This document shows positions 24,073-35,505 of a stretch of DNA of 64,000 nt, piece by piece. The translations under genes were made by a program, and so were the position numbers. The stretch covers positions 558,001-622,000 of the forward strand of contig BAAIJX010000005.1 in assembly GCA_054600435.1 (NCBI GenBank), given 5' to 3'. The DNA comes from Neophaeotheca triangularis (lineage: Eukaryota). Within the stretch, counting starts at the first letter, position 1; the number at the start of each line of letters is the position of its first letter. The notes beneath the pieces are model-generated. The model searched no databases. It saw only the letters and a program-made list of their open reading frames with translations, and was not told where the DNA came from.

Positions 24073-25637
24073 CTACTCCCTGCCTCCAACCCTCCTACCC
24101 CAATCATCGCCCACCTTCGCAGCATCAACCACCTCCAATCCCTTCCCCAAACCCACCAACCCACTCCGCTCATACCATCGATCCTCCTCCCTCCTCTCCC
24201 TCCTCACCCCCTCCTCATCCGTCTCGGTCTCCGTATCCGCTAAACCGCCATGTCCCTCATCACCCACGACCAAAACTGTCTGCCCGACCCATCCCTTCAA
24301 CTGCGCCACGCTCTCACCCTCGCGGCCGCTCAACTCGGCGGAATCCGTCAAATACACGAGCTGTGGTGCCAGATGGCGCAGGATGTGGATGTAGCCTGTC
24401 GCAGTTGTGAAGGGGAGGATTTGGCTCGGGTGGCTGACGAGACTGAGCGCGGCCGTGTAGAGGCTGTCGAAAGCTTTGGTCGCGCCGATTGAGGCTGAAC
24501 TCGAAGCGGGGTGCGGGGACATGGAGCGGAGTTCGCTGCGCGGGGTGGTGATGGTTCCGTAGGAGCTGCTTAGTGGGCTGGAGGAGGGTTTGTAGTCGAG
24601 GGGTGGGAGCGATGTTAGCGTCGGTGCGTGGATGAGGACGAAGAGGTCGGTGTTTGTTGGGTCGAAGGTCGAAGGGAGGTGGGAGAGGATAGACTGTGAA
24701 TGTCAGTAGGGATGCCGGGAGGGGGTAGTGGGAGCGTGCAGCTTACGGCATGCTCGGTTCTGTAGCCTCCATCGTCCTCGTCGAGTTGGCCATCAACGCC
24801 AGTGTCAGCGTTTACGACAACAGCAACAGTCATCTTTGCCCTGCCCTTCCCTTTGACGTCTCTTCCACTCCTAGCAACATCAGCCCGCCTTTCACTCTCA
24901 GCCTCGACATCACCCACCCTCCTCTTTTCCTCGGCCTCCTCACTCCATCTTTCGTGATCACTGAAACCCTCCCTCTCCCTCTCCTCCCTTCCAGCTCTCC
25001 CCCTCCTGTCTTCGCCCCTATCCCGGCTACCGTCTTCCTCCATGATACTTCCGAGCGCCGCCCCAGCGGCCGTCATGCCAGCACTTACCTGCCGCGAAGC
25101 TTGATCAAAGAACTGCTGCGGCGAAGGCGTCCGTCGAAGCGTCCCGCTCACACGACCCATCCATCCACCATCCTCGCCAGCTTGCTGCTGCTGCTGCACT
25201 GCGCGACTGCCATCGGCGTTGTAATAGCTCGCCGCCTCCCCAACACCCGAAGATCCCTGATACCCAGTACCCGGCGGACCACCCTGAGGCCCAGCAGTCT
25301 GGCTAGGCAGCGGACCGCTCAGACTCATACTACTAGTTCCCTGTCCAGGACCACCTGGATACGGCTGCGAGCTTTGTGGTGGATATGGACCTTGGGAGCT
25401 GTTTGTCCCAGTTGGGCCAGGACCTTGGCCTGGAGGTTTCCCATACGAGTAGTCTTGGTCATCGTCGTCGTCATCTTCGCTGCGTTCGCTCCAAATCCAT
25501 GCCGCAACACCACCGATTGCGAGAGTCGCGGTGACGACCAAGGGGACCCAGTAGGTCAGCGTCGAGTTGTTGCGTTGGCTCCCGGGACCGTACAAAGGGC
25601 GCCTGTTTCGCGCATTCTGGTAGCGGCGATCGGACAT
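24073..25637 (-). CDS. Peroxin 22-like protein of filamentous ascomycetes
   Basis: N-terminal TM segment YWVPLVVTATLAIGGVAAWIWSER; C-terminal ILPFTTATGYIHILRHLAPQLVY and VVGDEGHGGLAD. Intron 24694-24746. Confidence 0.75.
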
Positions 25638-25817
25638 GTTGCTCTACATTGACCGAAAAAGAGGGAAAGATTCCTTAGGACATGTTTCGATGTTTGTTTG
25701 CTGCAGGTTATCGACGCGACTCGAGTAGCAAGTTACTTGCTTCCAAGGTTGTGCTTGAATGAGTGGCTGGAGCTTACCCCAGCTTCGGTACTCGGATTTC
25801 GGGGACGGGAGATGGCT

Positions 25818-25829
25818 CTTATCGATAAG
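25818..25829. promoter_or_regulatory. Palindromic CTTATCGATAAG (double GATA) in a divergent promoter
   Basis: Perfect 12-bp palindrome between the head-to-head PEX22-like and eIF2B-gamma genes. Confidence 0.45.
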
Positions 25830-25916
25830 CGATGACTACCAAGGAAACCATCTTCTTTAAACCACGCGAACTTCCAAGGTTCGCAAGGTCGAAGAGCACT
25901 AATAAGGATTGCAAAA

Positions 25917-27695
25917 ATGCCTCACGCAACTCTACCCTCACCAGGGCTCCAGGCCTTCATCTTCTGCGGGCCTGGCGTGTCCCTCAACACCTTCACGTCG
26001 ACCCCGAAAGATTTCCCTAAAGCGCTCGTTCCAATCGCAAACCGGCCAATGGTCTGGTATCCGCTCGACTACTGCTACAGAATGGGCGTGACAGGTGCGA
26101 GCCGGTCATTTCAAGCAACGCGACTCCAGCGCTGACGCTGACAAAGGCTAGACATCACTTTGATCACACCACCCGAGTCCACTCAAGCGCTCGAATCCGC
26201 CCTTGCTACGCATCCTGCTTTGACTACCCTGCCCTCGCCCAAGCCTGAGATACTCAGCCCTAAGGAGCTGGAGCAGACGACCGGGACAGGAGAACTACTA
26301 CGCTTGCCAGAAGTGCAAAAGGCCATTACCACAGATTTCGTCGTCCTGCCATGCGACTTGATCTCCGAGCTGGACGGGAGCAGAGTAATCCAACAATGGC
26401 TTACCCTCAATGCGCCTACTGGCGAAAAGTCTCACAACCATAAAGGCGGTTTTGGTGTATTTTACCCGACTCAAGGCCTTGAAGGAATCAGCAACAAGAA
26501 GGACGAGACCGATTTCATCGCAACTGTACCGATACAGAATCCCACCGTTCCGCCTCCCCAGGGCTCGTTGCGGTCACACATCGAAGAACTCGTCACCAGC
26601 ATGCCGACCGACACCCTCAAGGACATATTGGAAGAGGACAAGGACAGCATGTTCAAGATCCGACATTCTCTCATCAACCAGCACGCTCGTGTGAAGATGA
26701 AAACCAAACACCGCGACGCACACTTCTACGTCTTTCCCTACTGGGTCAAAGACTTCGCCAAGCGCAACGAGAATTTCGACAGCATCTCCGAAGACATACT
26801 AGGCTGGTGGGCCAAAGCGGGCTGGCAAAACGGACTCTCGGAAAAGCTACATCTCGATGAAGTCCTCTCCGAAAAGAAAGCCCTCGACGGCTCGACCGAT
26901 GACCTCAGTGCCGACGACGACGAAGCAGACCTCTCAACCCTCTCCACCACAACCCGACGCCCACTCGGCCCAGCTCCCCAACCCACCCAAACCTTCGCGA
27001 CCCGCGTCACCTCCGCCCCAGCCCTCCCCCAAAAATCCCAAACCCCTCTCCACCCCCCACCTTTCCTAGCCTACATCCAACCCAGCCCAGCCAGCACTCT
27101 CATCCGCCGCGTCGACACAACCACAACCCTCCTAAACCTCTCTCTCCACCTAGCCAAATCTACCGCAACTTCGTCCCCCCTCGCCCACGACCACAAGATC
27201 CACCCCACTGCCCACTTGGGCCACCAATCCCGCATCTCGGCCGAAGACACGCTCATCGCCGAGAACGTGAACATCGGCAGCCGCGCCAACATCAAAGAGT
27301 GCGTCATCGGTGCCAACGCGACCGTCGCGCCCATGGCCCGGTTGACGCGGTGTCTACTCATGGAGGGCGCGTACGTGGGCGCAGGGGTGGTTTTGACCGG
27401 TTGCGTTGTCGGGAGAAGGGCGAGGGTTGAGGGCTTCAAGGTTGAGGAGGCCGGTGGTGCCGGAGCAGAAGGTGGCGAGAATACTGCGGGAAAGAAAAAG
27501 AAGAAGGGCGCCGATGAGGAGGAGGAGCGCACGAAGCTGACGGAGTGTGAGGTCGCGCCGAGTTTTGTTGTTGAGGCTGGGACTGTGGCGAAGGGGGAAA
27601 AGTTTATGGGATTTGGGGATGAAGAGCTTGAGGGGGAGTTTGATGATGAGATGGAGGAGGATGCCGGGAAGGGAAGTGGTGGGTTCGAGCTTTGA
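25917..27695 (+). CDS. GCD1: Translation initiation factor eIF2B gamma subunit
   Basis: QAFIFCGPG, PKALVPIANRPMVWYPL, DFVVLPCDL and C-terminal left-handed beta-helix (IKECVIGANA). Intron 26095-26151. Confidence 0.9.
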
Positions 27696-28042
27696 ATGAG
27701 GGTTTTAAACGCTGAGATGTCGTACCGATGGTTGTATAGGTTGGGAGTCGGCGTAGTTGCTCTACCGTAGGAGTTGTGTGGCGACTACGCTGATTACAAA
27801 AGTCTGTTGTGTCTCCTGTAACACATCTTGAAGACCAAGGGAAGCGGCGAGAAGCCACCAGCTGCATGTGAGGTGAAAACGTTCGAATGATTGTAGCACG
27901 TTTTTCCGTTGCTGGATGCTGACAGTGACGGCTTATTTTGGTGGCTATAGATACCTAGGTGTTTGCCCCTTTACGGCGACGATTTTCCTTTACATCATTT
28001 CTAGCACTTCCACATGCGATCCAGCTTTTTCGGCTAGCCCAC

Positions 28043-29152
28043 TCATAGAGACCACACAACCACCCTGCCGTCCACGCCACCAGTCGAGATCTTAGAAACA
28101 TTCTCGCCAGTCACGCCAAAACTGCGCACAGTGTTGATAGAGTTCTGGTGCACAGTCTTCAACTTGGTGTCATCACCAGTTCCACCGCTACGGCCCTTGA
28201 GATCCATCTGCCTGAACATGTTCCTCGCGCTCTCCTCTTGACCATCACCCGGTCCGTTCTTGGAAGCACCGCTTTCGAGCGACCCGGCGCTGGACCAGCC
28301 ATTGACGTCTCCCGTGAACTTCGTGACCGAGCAGTCGTATCCAGCAGCCACGAGCGAGCTCTCCGACGTCCACAACAAACTGGCAAAAGGCAGCAGCGAC
28401 GAGGAGACTGAAATGACAGCTTGCGGCGGTTGCTCGGGCGCAGAAGGGTAGACAACCGTGACTGTAGAATCGTGCGAGACAAACGCCAGAGCATTTCCAG
28501 ATGGCGAGAACGCCACGTCATGCACCCACCCGGCCGTGCCGTTCAAGTACTCCCCGCAGACCGTGTTGAAAGGCAGCCTCTCCCCCCAGGCACTAGGCTC
28601 AGGTCTCTCATCCGTGCCTTTGATAAACGAGCTCAACACTCTGGCATGCCCGTCCGTGGAACCAGCAGCCAGGAGCACGGAGTTGGGATGCCAAGCGACG
28701 GACGTAACAGTCGAGCGCAACGGCTTCTTCAAGTGCTTCGAAACCCACCAATCGTTCTCCTCTTCAAAGTAGCAAGTCGCGATAATCCTCGCGCCGCTGC
28801 CGACAGCAAACTTCGTCTCCGAGGGCGACCAGCGCACACACGTCGCGGCACGGTTAATGCGCAGCAGCACGAGCGTGGGCTTCCATTCTCCCGTTTGCGG
28901 CGACGGTTCCCAGACGTAGGCGTTGCGGTCTTGCGAGCAGGTTACGATGCGGCCGCTGTTGGGGGCGATGTCGACGCCCGTGACGGTCTTGTCGTGGCCG
29001 CGCAGTTCGTCGCGCAGTTTGTAAGCGCTGCCGCTCTTGGCGTAGATTTCGACATTGTTGTCGCGGGCGACGGCGAGGGTGCTGCGGTCCGGGGAGAAGC
29101 TGTGGTCGGCGATGGGCGCGTGGAAGAGGTGGTGGGCTTCTGGGGAGGCCAT
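28043..29152 (-). CDS. ARC40: Arp2/3 complex subunit ARPC1 (p41), WD40 protein
   Basis: IVTCSQDRNAYVW, PTLVLLRINRAA, ENDWWVSKHLKKP, WHPNSVLLA and FRQMD motifs. Confidence 0.95.
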   Translation of the reverse strand: MASPEAHHLFHAPIADHSFSPDRSTLAVARDNNVEIYAKSGSAYKLRDELRGHDKTVTGVDIAPNSGRIVTCSQDRNAYVWEPSPQTGEWKPTLVLLRINRAATCVRWSPSETKFAVGSGARIIATCYFEEENDWWVSKHLKKPLRSTVTSVAWHPNSVLLAAGSTDGHARVLSSFIKGTDERPEPSAWGERLPFNTVCGEYLNGTAGWVHDVAFSPSGNALAFVSHDSTVTVVYPSAPEQPPQAVISVSSSLLPFASLLWTSESSLVAAGYDCSVTKFTGDVNGWSSAGSLESGASKNGPGDGQEESARNMFRQMDLKGRSGGTGDDTKLKTVHQNSINTVRSFGVTGENVSKISTGGVDGRVVVWSL

Positions 29153-29424
29153 GGTGGGATTGAGGGATGACAGGAGGGGCGATCTCTCTACTGTCAATTG
29201 GCGTGTTTGGGTAGGAACTTGATAGATGCTCTCAGATGATAGCTGGACGATGGAGGTATACGTGAGGTGAAGTTGCTGCCTTGGCGGGGAGGGTGACGTG
29301 GGAAGCTGGGGTTATCCAGATTGGGAAGGTATGCCGCACAAAGCTCGAAACATTTGGTTAACACCGAGCGAGACACCTTTGTCGCGACGAACTAAAATAC
29401 AACCGCCTTACACGCGCAACAAAC

Positions 29425-30179
29425 ATGGCAGCAGTTCAAGCCGCTCCCGGCATGCCAGCGGCTTCTAACAAGGCAGTCGCTGCAGCTTCATCCATCAGCC
29501 CCAGCCAAACCCTCTACATCCAACAGCTGCCCGAAAAGATGCGAAAACCCGACCTCATTCGCGAACTGTACAACCTCTTCTCTACCCACGGCCACATCAT
29601 CGACATTGTCGCAGTCAAGAATGCCAAAATGCGCGGCCAAGCTCACGTCACCTTCCGCGACACCGCCGCAGCTCAGCAGGCCATGCGCGCTCACCAGGGT
29701 ATCGACTTCTACGGCAGAAATATTGTAGGCAGCACCCACGAACACAGCGAAAGATGAGAGGGTTCTCGCTCCTAGCTTTCGCGCATACCATCGCGTCAAA
29801 AGCATCGCAAAAGACTAATAAGCCCACTCCACAGAAAATCTCCTACAGCAAGAACCGCTCGCAAGCCTTCGGCAAACTAACCGGCGAGTACGTTCCCCCT
29901 GGGAAATCTCAGCAAGCCCCCACGACCATGCAACAAGCGCACGCGAACACAGGCATCGCGCCCATCCCAGGCATGCCATCGGCTCCCAGCACGCTGCCCC
30001 CTCCGCCAGGCATGCCAGCGCAAACCAACGGCACTGCTGCGCCGGCCAATGCGAAGAAGAGGCCCAGGAGCCAGAGTCCAGATCGTGATGTCGAGATGGG
30101 CGGGCAGGAGGCGAAGAAAAAGGCGGAGAGTGAGGAGGATTCGGATGCCGAGATGGATGTGAGCGATGATTCGGATTGA
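29425..30179 (+). CDS. U1A/U2B''-family snRNP RRM protein
   Basis: RRM with QTLYIQQLPEK, IIDIVAVK and KMRGQAHVTF. Intron 29725-29834 gives ...GRNI|KISYSK. Confidence 0.85.
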
Positions 30180-30989
30180 GGGGGGTCAGGCTTTGATGTG
30201 AGTGGGGATTGCGAGATACCCTGATGCTATGGCGTTTTGTGGATTGGAGGGGCAGTATCTCTTCCAGCGGCAATGGGAAGTATAGGCGTTAGTGGGCGTG
30301 TGCACTCGGTAGGTGCTTCTGTCTGATGCTTAGAATGGACACATGTTCTAATTTTATCAACGAAAGCAGAGTGCTGAGAGGCGCGTGAATAGGTATCCAG
30401 AATGCTTTCCGATTGGAAGCTGGCCAGGTCTCACTCTTCCAACGTCTTGATACCCACGGTAAAGCAACGACACTTGGATTTCAAGAATATCTAGGTAGCT
30501 GGGTGTCCAGCCTGTTGCCACGGCTTACCGCGCGATTAGATGAGAGCGTAGCAGTCTTTGATATGTCCCGGACTGTAATTAGCGGCATTGATCTTGATCG
30601 CTCGACCCGGCGATTTCGTGGGGTTTCGCCGGATTCTAGTCGCTACGATCTCGAGCAAACCCTCATCTTGGCCATGCCTTTTCGACTGACACCAAAGATA
30701 TGGCTTGGAGTGATCGAGAAGCCCAGCTAAATCTGGCAGTCGACGCAATAGCTGAGGGCTCGATGACGAACTGCCTTCGACCAGCCGCCCCAAGAGTCGT
30801 CCCGAGCTCCTAGCTTACGATTTGCAAGCAAGCGAGCAAAACAAAATCCCTTCATCTCCTGTTCCAAGAGCCCGGTCCTAGGAAAGTCAGCCAACTGCCT
30901 TCCACATATATCCACGAACCCAGGCCCATCAAACCAAATCCAGCGACCGACCTCCCCTAAGACCCTGCCATCACGCCCACGCCCTAGTC

Positions 30990-31685
30990 TCAACCATCAC
31001 TAACCCCCAGCCGAGCAACCTCAGTCGGTACACTCAACCCTACCGCCGCCCCAACAACTCCGAACCACAACCCCAAATACCCCTCGGGCCCGTGATCCCC
31101 CACCACTGGCGCCATAGCCTCCTGCGTCCGACACGGATGCACAAACCACATGGGCTTCCCGGTCAGCGGGTGATCCGTCAATGTTACTGCGCCCATGACT
31201 CCCGTTGCCATTAATTGAGAAGAGTAGAGGGTGCTCGAGACCAGGGGGAAAGGGGTTGGGGGGTTGATGGAGAGATAGAGGACGGGGACTTGGTAGGTGG
31301 GGTGGTGGTGGATCTCGTAGAGGAGGGTGTGGGTCGGGGTTTGTGAAGGTGGGGTTGGGGAGAGGGCTTCGGGGTCGTGTTCCGTGAGTTCGAGTTCGGG
31401 GTGTTCGGGTTCGCTGGGGCTGGAGAGGGATGGTGCCTGGTTGCTTGTTGTGAAGGCGTCGCTTTGGGCTGGGATGGCGATAGCTTTCTCGATGTAGAGG
31501 TATTTGTGGCTGCGTTCTCGGTGCTGCTGGACAGCGACTCCTGTGCCGAGATTGGAAAGGCTTGCCACTTCGTTCACGGCAGACTTGAGCTGTACTTTTT
31601 TCCAGCCACCCAAGGATGGGGCTCGCTTACACTTTGCGTCGAAGGCCTCGCAGGCTGCTGAGAAGTCCTCCTGGCTGATTGACAT
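30990..31685 (-). CDS. ATG10: Autophagy E2-like enzyme Atg10
   Basis: HPTYQVPVLY, DHP and catalytic WFVHPCRT motif; a short 5' intron is possible. Confidence 0.85.
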   Translation of the reverse strand: MSISQEDFSAACEAFDAKCKRAPSLGGWKKVQLKSAVNEVASLSNLGTGVAVQQHRERSHKYLYIEKAIAIPAQSDAFTTSNQAPSLSSPSEPEHPELELTEHDPEALSPTPPSQTPTHTLLYEIHHHPTYQVPVLYLSINPPTPFPLVSSTLYSSQLMATGVMGAVTLTDHPLTGKPMWFVHPCRTQEAMAPVVGDHGPEGYLGLWFGVVGAAVGLSVPTEVARLGVSDG

Positions 31686-31887
31686 GCTCACTGGGTTGGA
31701 TGATTTGCCGAGCCGTGTCGAGTTCCGATAACAAGGAAGGTTTGCTGTTATGCTTTATGAGACTTGTTGGGCAAGATGTCCTTCTGTTATAGCAACCAAA
31801 CACCCCGACAATTTTCCTTGAGGAGTTTCAATAAGTGATGAGGTATCTGTGTTCCGGTCTTATATGTGAGTGAACGGTAGTCCCCAA

Positions 31888-32071
31888 CGCTAGCAAGCGG
31901 ACGGTTTTTGCGAACGTCCATTCGTAATCTAATCAGATGAGCTGGAGATCTAGCGCTAGCTGCGGGCTTTTTTTTTAGGATGTCCACTCATAATCTAATC
32001 AGATGAGCTCGAGATCTAACGCTAGCTCCAGGCTGTTTTTATAAAACGTCCAGTCGCAATCTAATCAGATG
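31888..32071. repeat. Degenerate tandem repeat, 66-bp period, about 2.8 copies
   Basis: CGCTAGC at 31888/31954/32020 and AATCTAATCAGATG at 31926/31992/32058. Confidence 0.9.
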
Positions 32072-32456
32072 CTGTAAAGATCAGCAGCTGAAGCCTGATT
32101 GGCGTAGAAGCAATGCTCGCTAGCCATTGTCTGGCTTTGATTGCCAAGGTCCGCAAGGTCCGCTCGCCTTACGCTTTGACTTTCGGACTTCACTTCAATC
32201 CATGTCGATTTCATGTCTGGAATAGGCAACATTCGTTGTTTAATACAGGATGAACAGCAACTCAGAGCAAACGTGTAGACAATTGATAGAGGCCGCCACT
32301 ACGAGATTCTAGAGTTTCTGGGAACCGAATGATGCAAAAATTACACAGGAAGTACAAAGGGCAAAGACAAAGACAAGATATCGCTACGGTACGCTAAATC
32401 AAAAACACTATACATTGGAAACAGAGATGAAAGAACGGCCGCAAAATGTCAATCGC

Positions 32457-33149
32457 CTAGCACCCACCGGGATAAGGGTAGGGGCAGGATTCAGACTTCT
32501 CCTTCGTCTCCTCCGGCTCAGGGGCGTCAGAGGGCTTCGCCTTCGAAGGGTAGGGATAAGGGTTAACGTCCTCCTCATCAGCGCTCTCGGTCGGCTCCGG
32601 TACAGTCTCCGAAGTGCTGCTTGTAGGAGTCGGGTATGGAGAATTGTCTGTCTCGGAAGTGCTCGACGATTTTGGCTTGTCGGTCGAAAGAGCCTCAGCA
32701 GTCGCGCTGCTGGTGGGAGTGATAATGACCGTGGTGGTGCTGGAGATTGTGCTCGTAGTGAACTCGACGTTGTTCGGGCTTGGAGGCGCCGTGGGCAATT
32801 TGCCTACAGAGGTCAGGCCAAGACTTGCGCCGTTGGATGGCGAGAAAGTCGGGGCCTGTGGCCTGTGGGTGGGCTCGACTAGTGGTAGGCTGTTCCAGGG
32901 ATTTACGGCTGTGCCAGTGGTTTGGGATGGCCGGCAGTTGGAAGAGCAGGATGTCACTGTTTGCATGGCGAAGATTGTGGAAGTAGCGGTGGTGGTTGAA
33001 GTGATGGTGTTGTTGACTGTCACGGTCTTCGTTTGGGCGACCGGAAAGACGACATCGGTGACGGTGACTGTTACTTCCCGAGGAATGAGTGCTGCTGCTG
33101 CCGCTGGACCAGCCAAGAGTGCAGAGATGTAGATGTTGAGGTGGTGCAT
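32457..33149 (-). CDS. Secreted Ser/Thr/Pro-rich (mucin-like) protein
   Basis: Signal peptide MHHLNIYISALLAGPAAAA, TVTVT motifs, low complexity, C-terminal CPYPYPGGC. Confidence 0.75.
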   Translation of the reverse strand: MHHLNIYISALLAGPAAAAALIPREVTVTVTDVVFPVAQTKTVTVNNTITSTTTATSTIFAMQTVTSCSSNCRPSQTTGTAVNPWNSLPLVEPTHRPQAPTFSPSNGASLGLTSVGKLPTAPPSPNNVEFTTSTISSTTTVIITPTSSATAEALSTDKPKSSSTSETDNSPYPTPTSSTSETVPEPTESADEEDVNPYPYPSKAKPSDAPEPEETKEKSESCPYPYPGGC

Positions 33150-33826
33150 TTTTTCGGGAGTTGTTTTGGAAGGTAAGTCGGTTTGCGTGCTTGATACAGG
33201 CAAGGAAAGGTTTCTTTGAAGGACAAAGGAAATTGAAGTAGGAAATGTGGAGTAGGAAAGTGTTATGAGGATTGACTGTGCGCATGCGCGCGGTGTAGGC
33301 ATGTGGTCTCTTGTAGTCCCCGCTGAGGAAGAAGAGCCATCAAAGGCAGTGAAGTATAGCTTTGTCACCAGGTGTTTCTTTGTCCAGGATCGCAGCTTCA
33401 CAAAGAACAGGAGATTAACTATGAAGCCGATTCCTTTGTTCAAGCCAGTCAGCTGACAATTACTGCTCTTTTGCGGGACGTTCAGCTTCTACACTGGAGA
33501 GCGTGTCGCAGACCGTTGGTGGTCTACCTCCTAGTTTAGGGGGGCTTAAGGGGCTACTGGTATTGGGCTAGGCTTACAAACACAATAACATGAAGCAAGT
33601 ACACCCCCGATTAATGTGATTTGGTTTCAAAAAGCGACAAGGTGAGCTCCCGGTCTGCTTCGAATGAGAATTTACTATGTCAGTGTCTGGAGTAAGTTGT
33701 GCAAATGAGCACGTGAACAAGTACTCACGAGCTCCACTGTCAACCACCCTGCTCTCGCTCCCCAAATTTCAACTCACCCGGGAACCCGACAGAATACATC
33801 ACCTCATTGTCATTTTACCTCCGGAC

Positions 33827-34558
33827 ATGGCAATGAAGCGCAAAGACCAATTCCAGGAGAGCGGCCCAGCTTCGAAGCTAGTAAAATTCTCCCTTGAGCA
33901 CCGCCAGTAACTTGAAATCTGAACCTTCCGCCACGCGAACGACTCTAATGAAACAAGCTCCATCCAAGAGCAGTCCAACACCATCACCGAGGACGCCACC
34001 GTCCACGACAACGCAGATAAACGGCACCACATCACCGCCTGCCACGAAGTCTTCAGCATCGCCGAGCTCTTCGAAGGAATCCTCACGCACCTCCGGCTCA
34101 AAGACCTACAGCGCATGCAAGCCGTCAACAAAACCTCCCAAGACTTCATCAAGACCTCCAAACCCCTGCAGCCAGCCCTATGGCTCAACGCAACCCCCAG
34201 AGCTTTCCCTCACCCACTCCGCTACCTGAAAATCTACGACAACCTCGGCTTCAGACTCAACAACACAAACCACAAACACATAACCTGTCTCTGCCACGTC
34301 AAAGAAGCCAAGAAGCACACAAGTAATTCCTGGGTGTCCTTCATCGACGTCCGCGCCTGCCAAATCCCGAGCAACCTGAGCGAGACCGTCATGGACATGC
34401 TCGTAGTGCAGCCGCCTGTTTCCGAGATGGTGGCCTGCAACATGTTGGAGGAGGCGAGGATGCAAGTGGCCGTTCTTCGCACGCCGTCGCCCTTTGCTCT
34501 GGCTGGAGAGAGGATTGGAGGGTTGCGGGGAAGCGGGGCATTCGGGTTGGGCATTTGA
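33827..34558 (+). CDS. F-box domain protein
   Basis: EVFSIAELFEGILTHLRLKDLQRMQAVNKTSQDFIKTSKPLQPALWL lies upstream of and within the 34115 ORF; MLVVQPP motif. One intron within ~33881-33973 is needed to link to ATG 33827 (boundaries uncertain). Confidence 0.65.
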
Positions 34559-35102
34559 TTAGGGATGCGAGGGAGAGGGCGCGAATGGAGGGGGCGAGGT
34601 GCTTGTTGCCTCGGGCTCAGGGACCTCTGCACAAGGCCATGACGCATGACTGTTGCTTCACTGTGAGGTATAGAGTGCAGCTGTTTGGGGAGGGGGAAGT
34701 CGCTGTGGATAAGGGGAAGTGAAGTATATCTACCACAGACATTCTTACACGCAGCTTTGCATACAACCCGTATAAAGCGCAGTGGAACTTCTCAGGCAAC
34801 CCCCATCTCGCAGCCAGCAACACGACGAGATTCCAGAACGTAGACAACACACTCAGCGACAGTAGGAAGCTTTCATCCTCGCTACCACTATCAACACGTC
34901 CCACAACTTGCTAGCTATACACACTGTCCCCACCCTCCACACCCTGCAAAACCCCCTCTCCATCTCATCTTCAAATCCATTCCCAGCATTGCCTCCACCC
35001 GAGATAGCCATTCCCGCTTCCCTTCCATATCTCTCCTCAAAAGAAAGTTTACAAAAACAAAAAGAAAAAGAGAAAATCCCCGGGGTATCAGATCAAATCC
35101 TG

Positions 35103-35108
<6 letters not shown>

Positions 35109-35198
<90 letters not shown>
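35109..35198. repeat. (CT)45 microsatellite
   Basis: Uninterrupted CT dinucleotide run of 90 bp. Confidence 0.97.
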
Positions 35199-35200
<2 letters not shown>

Positions 35201-35505
35201 GACAGACAGCACAAATCGCACGTATGCATCTGCGTGTGCGTCTGCGTCTGCGTGTGTAATGGGTATGGTAACATGGTAGTGTAGTGTACAACTTGCGTCA
35301 AAATCGTTCAGGATTAGGTCGACGCTTTGGCAAGCGGGTAAGTAGATACAAGCTTGAAAGTGGCAGTAGTATAGGGAATATCCGTAGCTGGGGTAGGTAG
35401 GTGGGTGAGGTGCGTGCTGTAGAGCGAGCGAGCGAACAAGTATTCCGCTTGCCGAACGAAGGAGCCCGGGGAAGCGTCGTGATTTCCACCGCTGAGTATT
35501 GTTCA

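Noticed and set aside
31888..32071. CRISPR-like array
   Set aside because: Eukaryotic DNA, no cas genes, and the segments between conserved motifs are themselves similar, so this is a plain tandem repeat.
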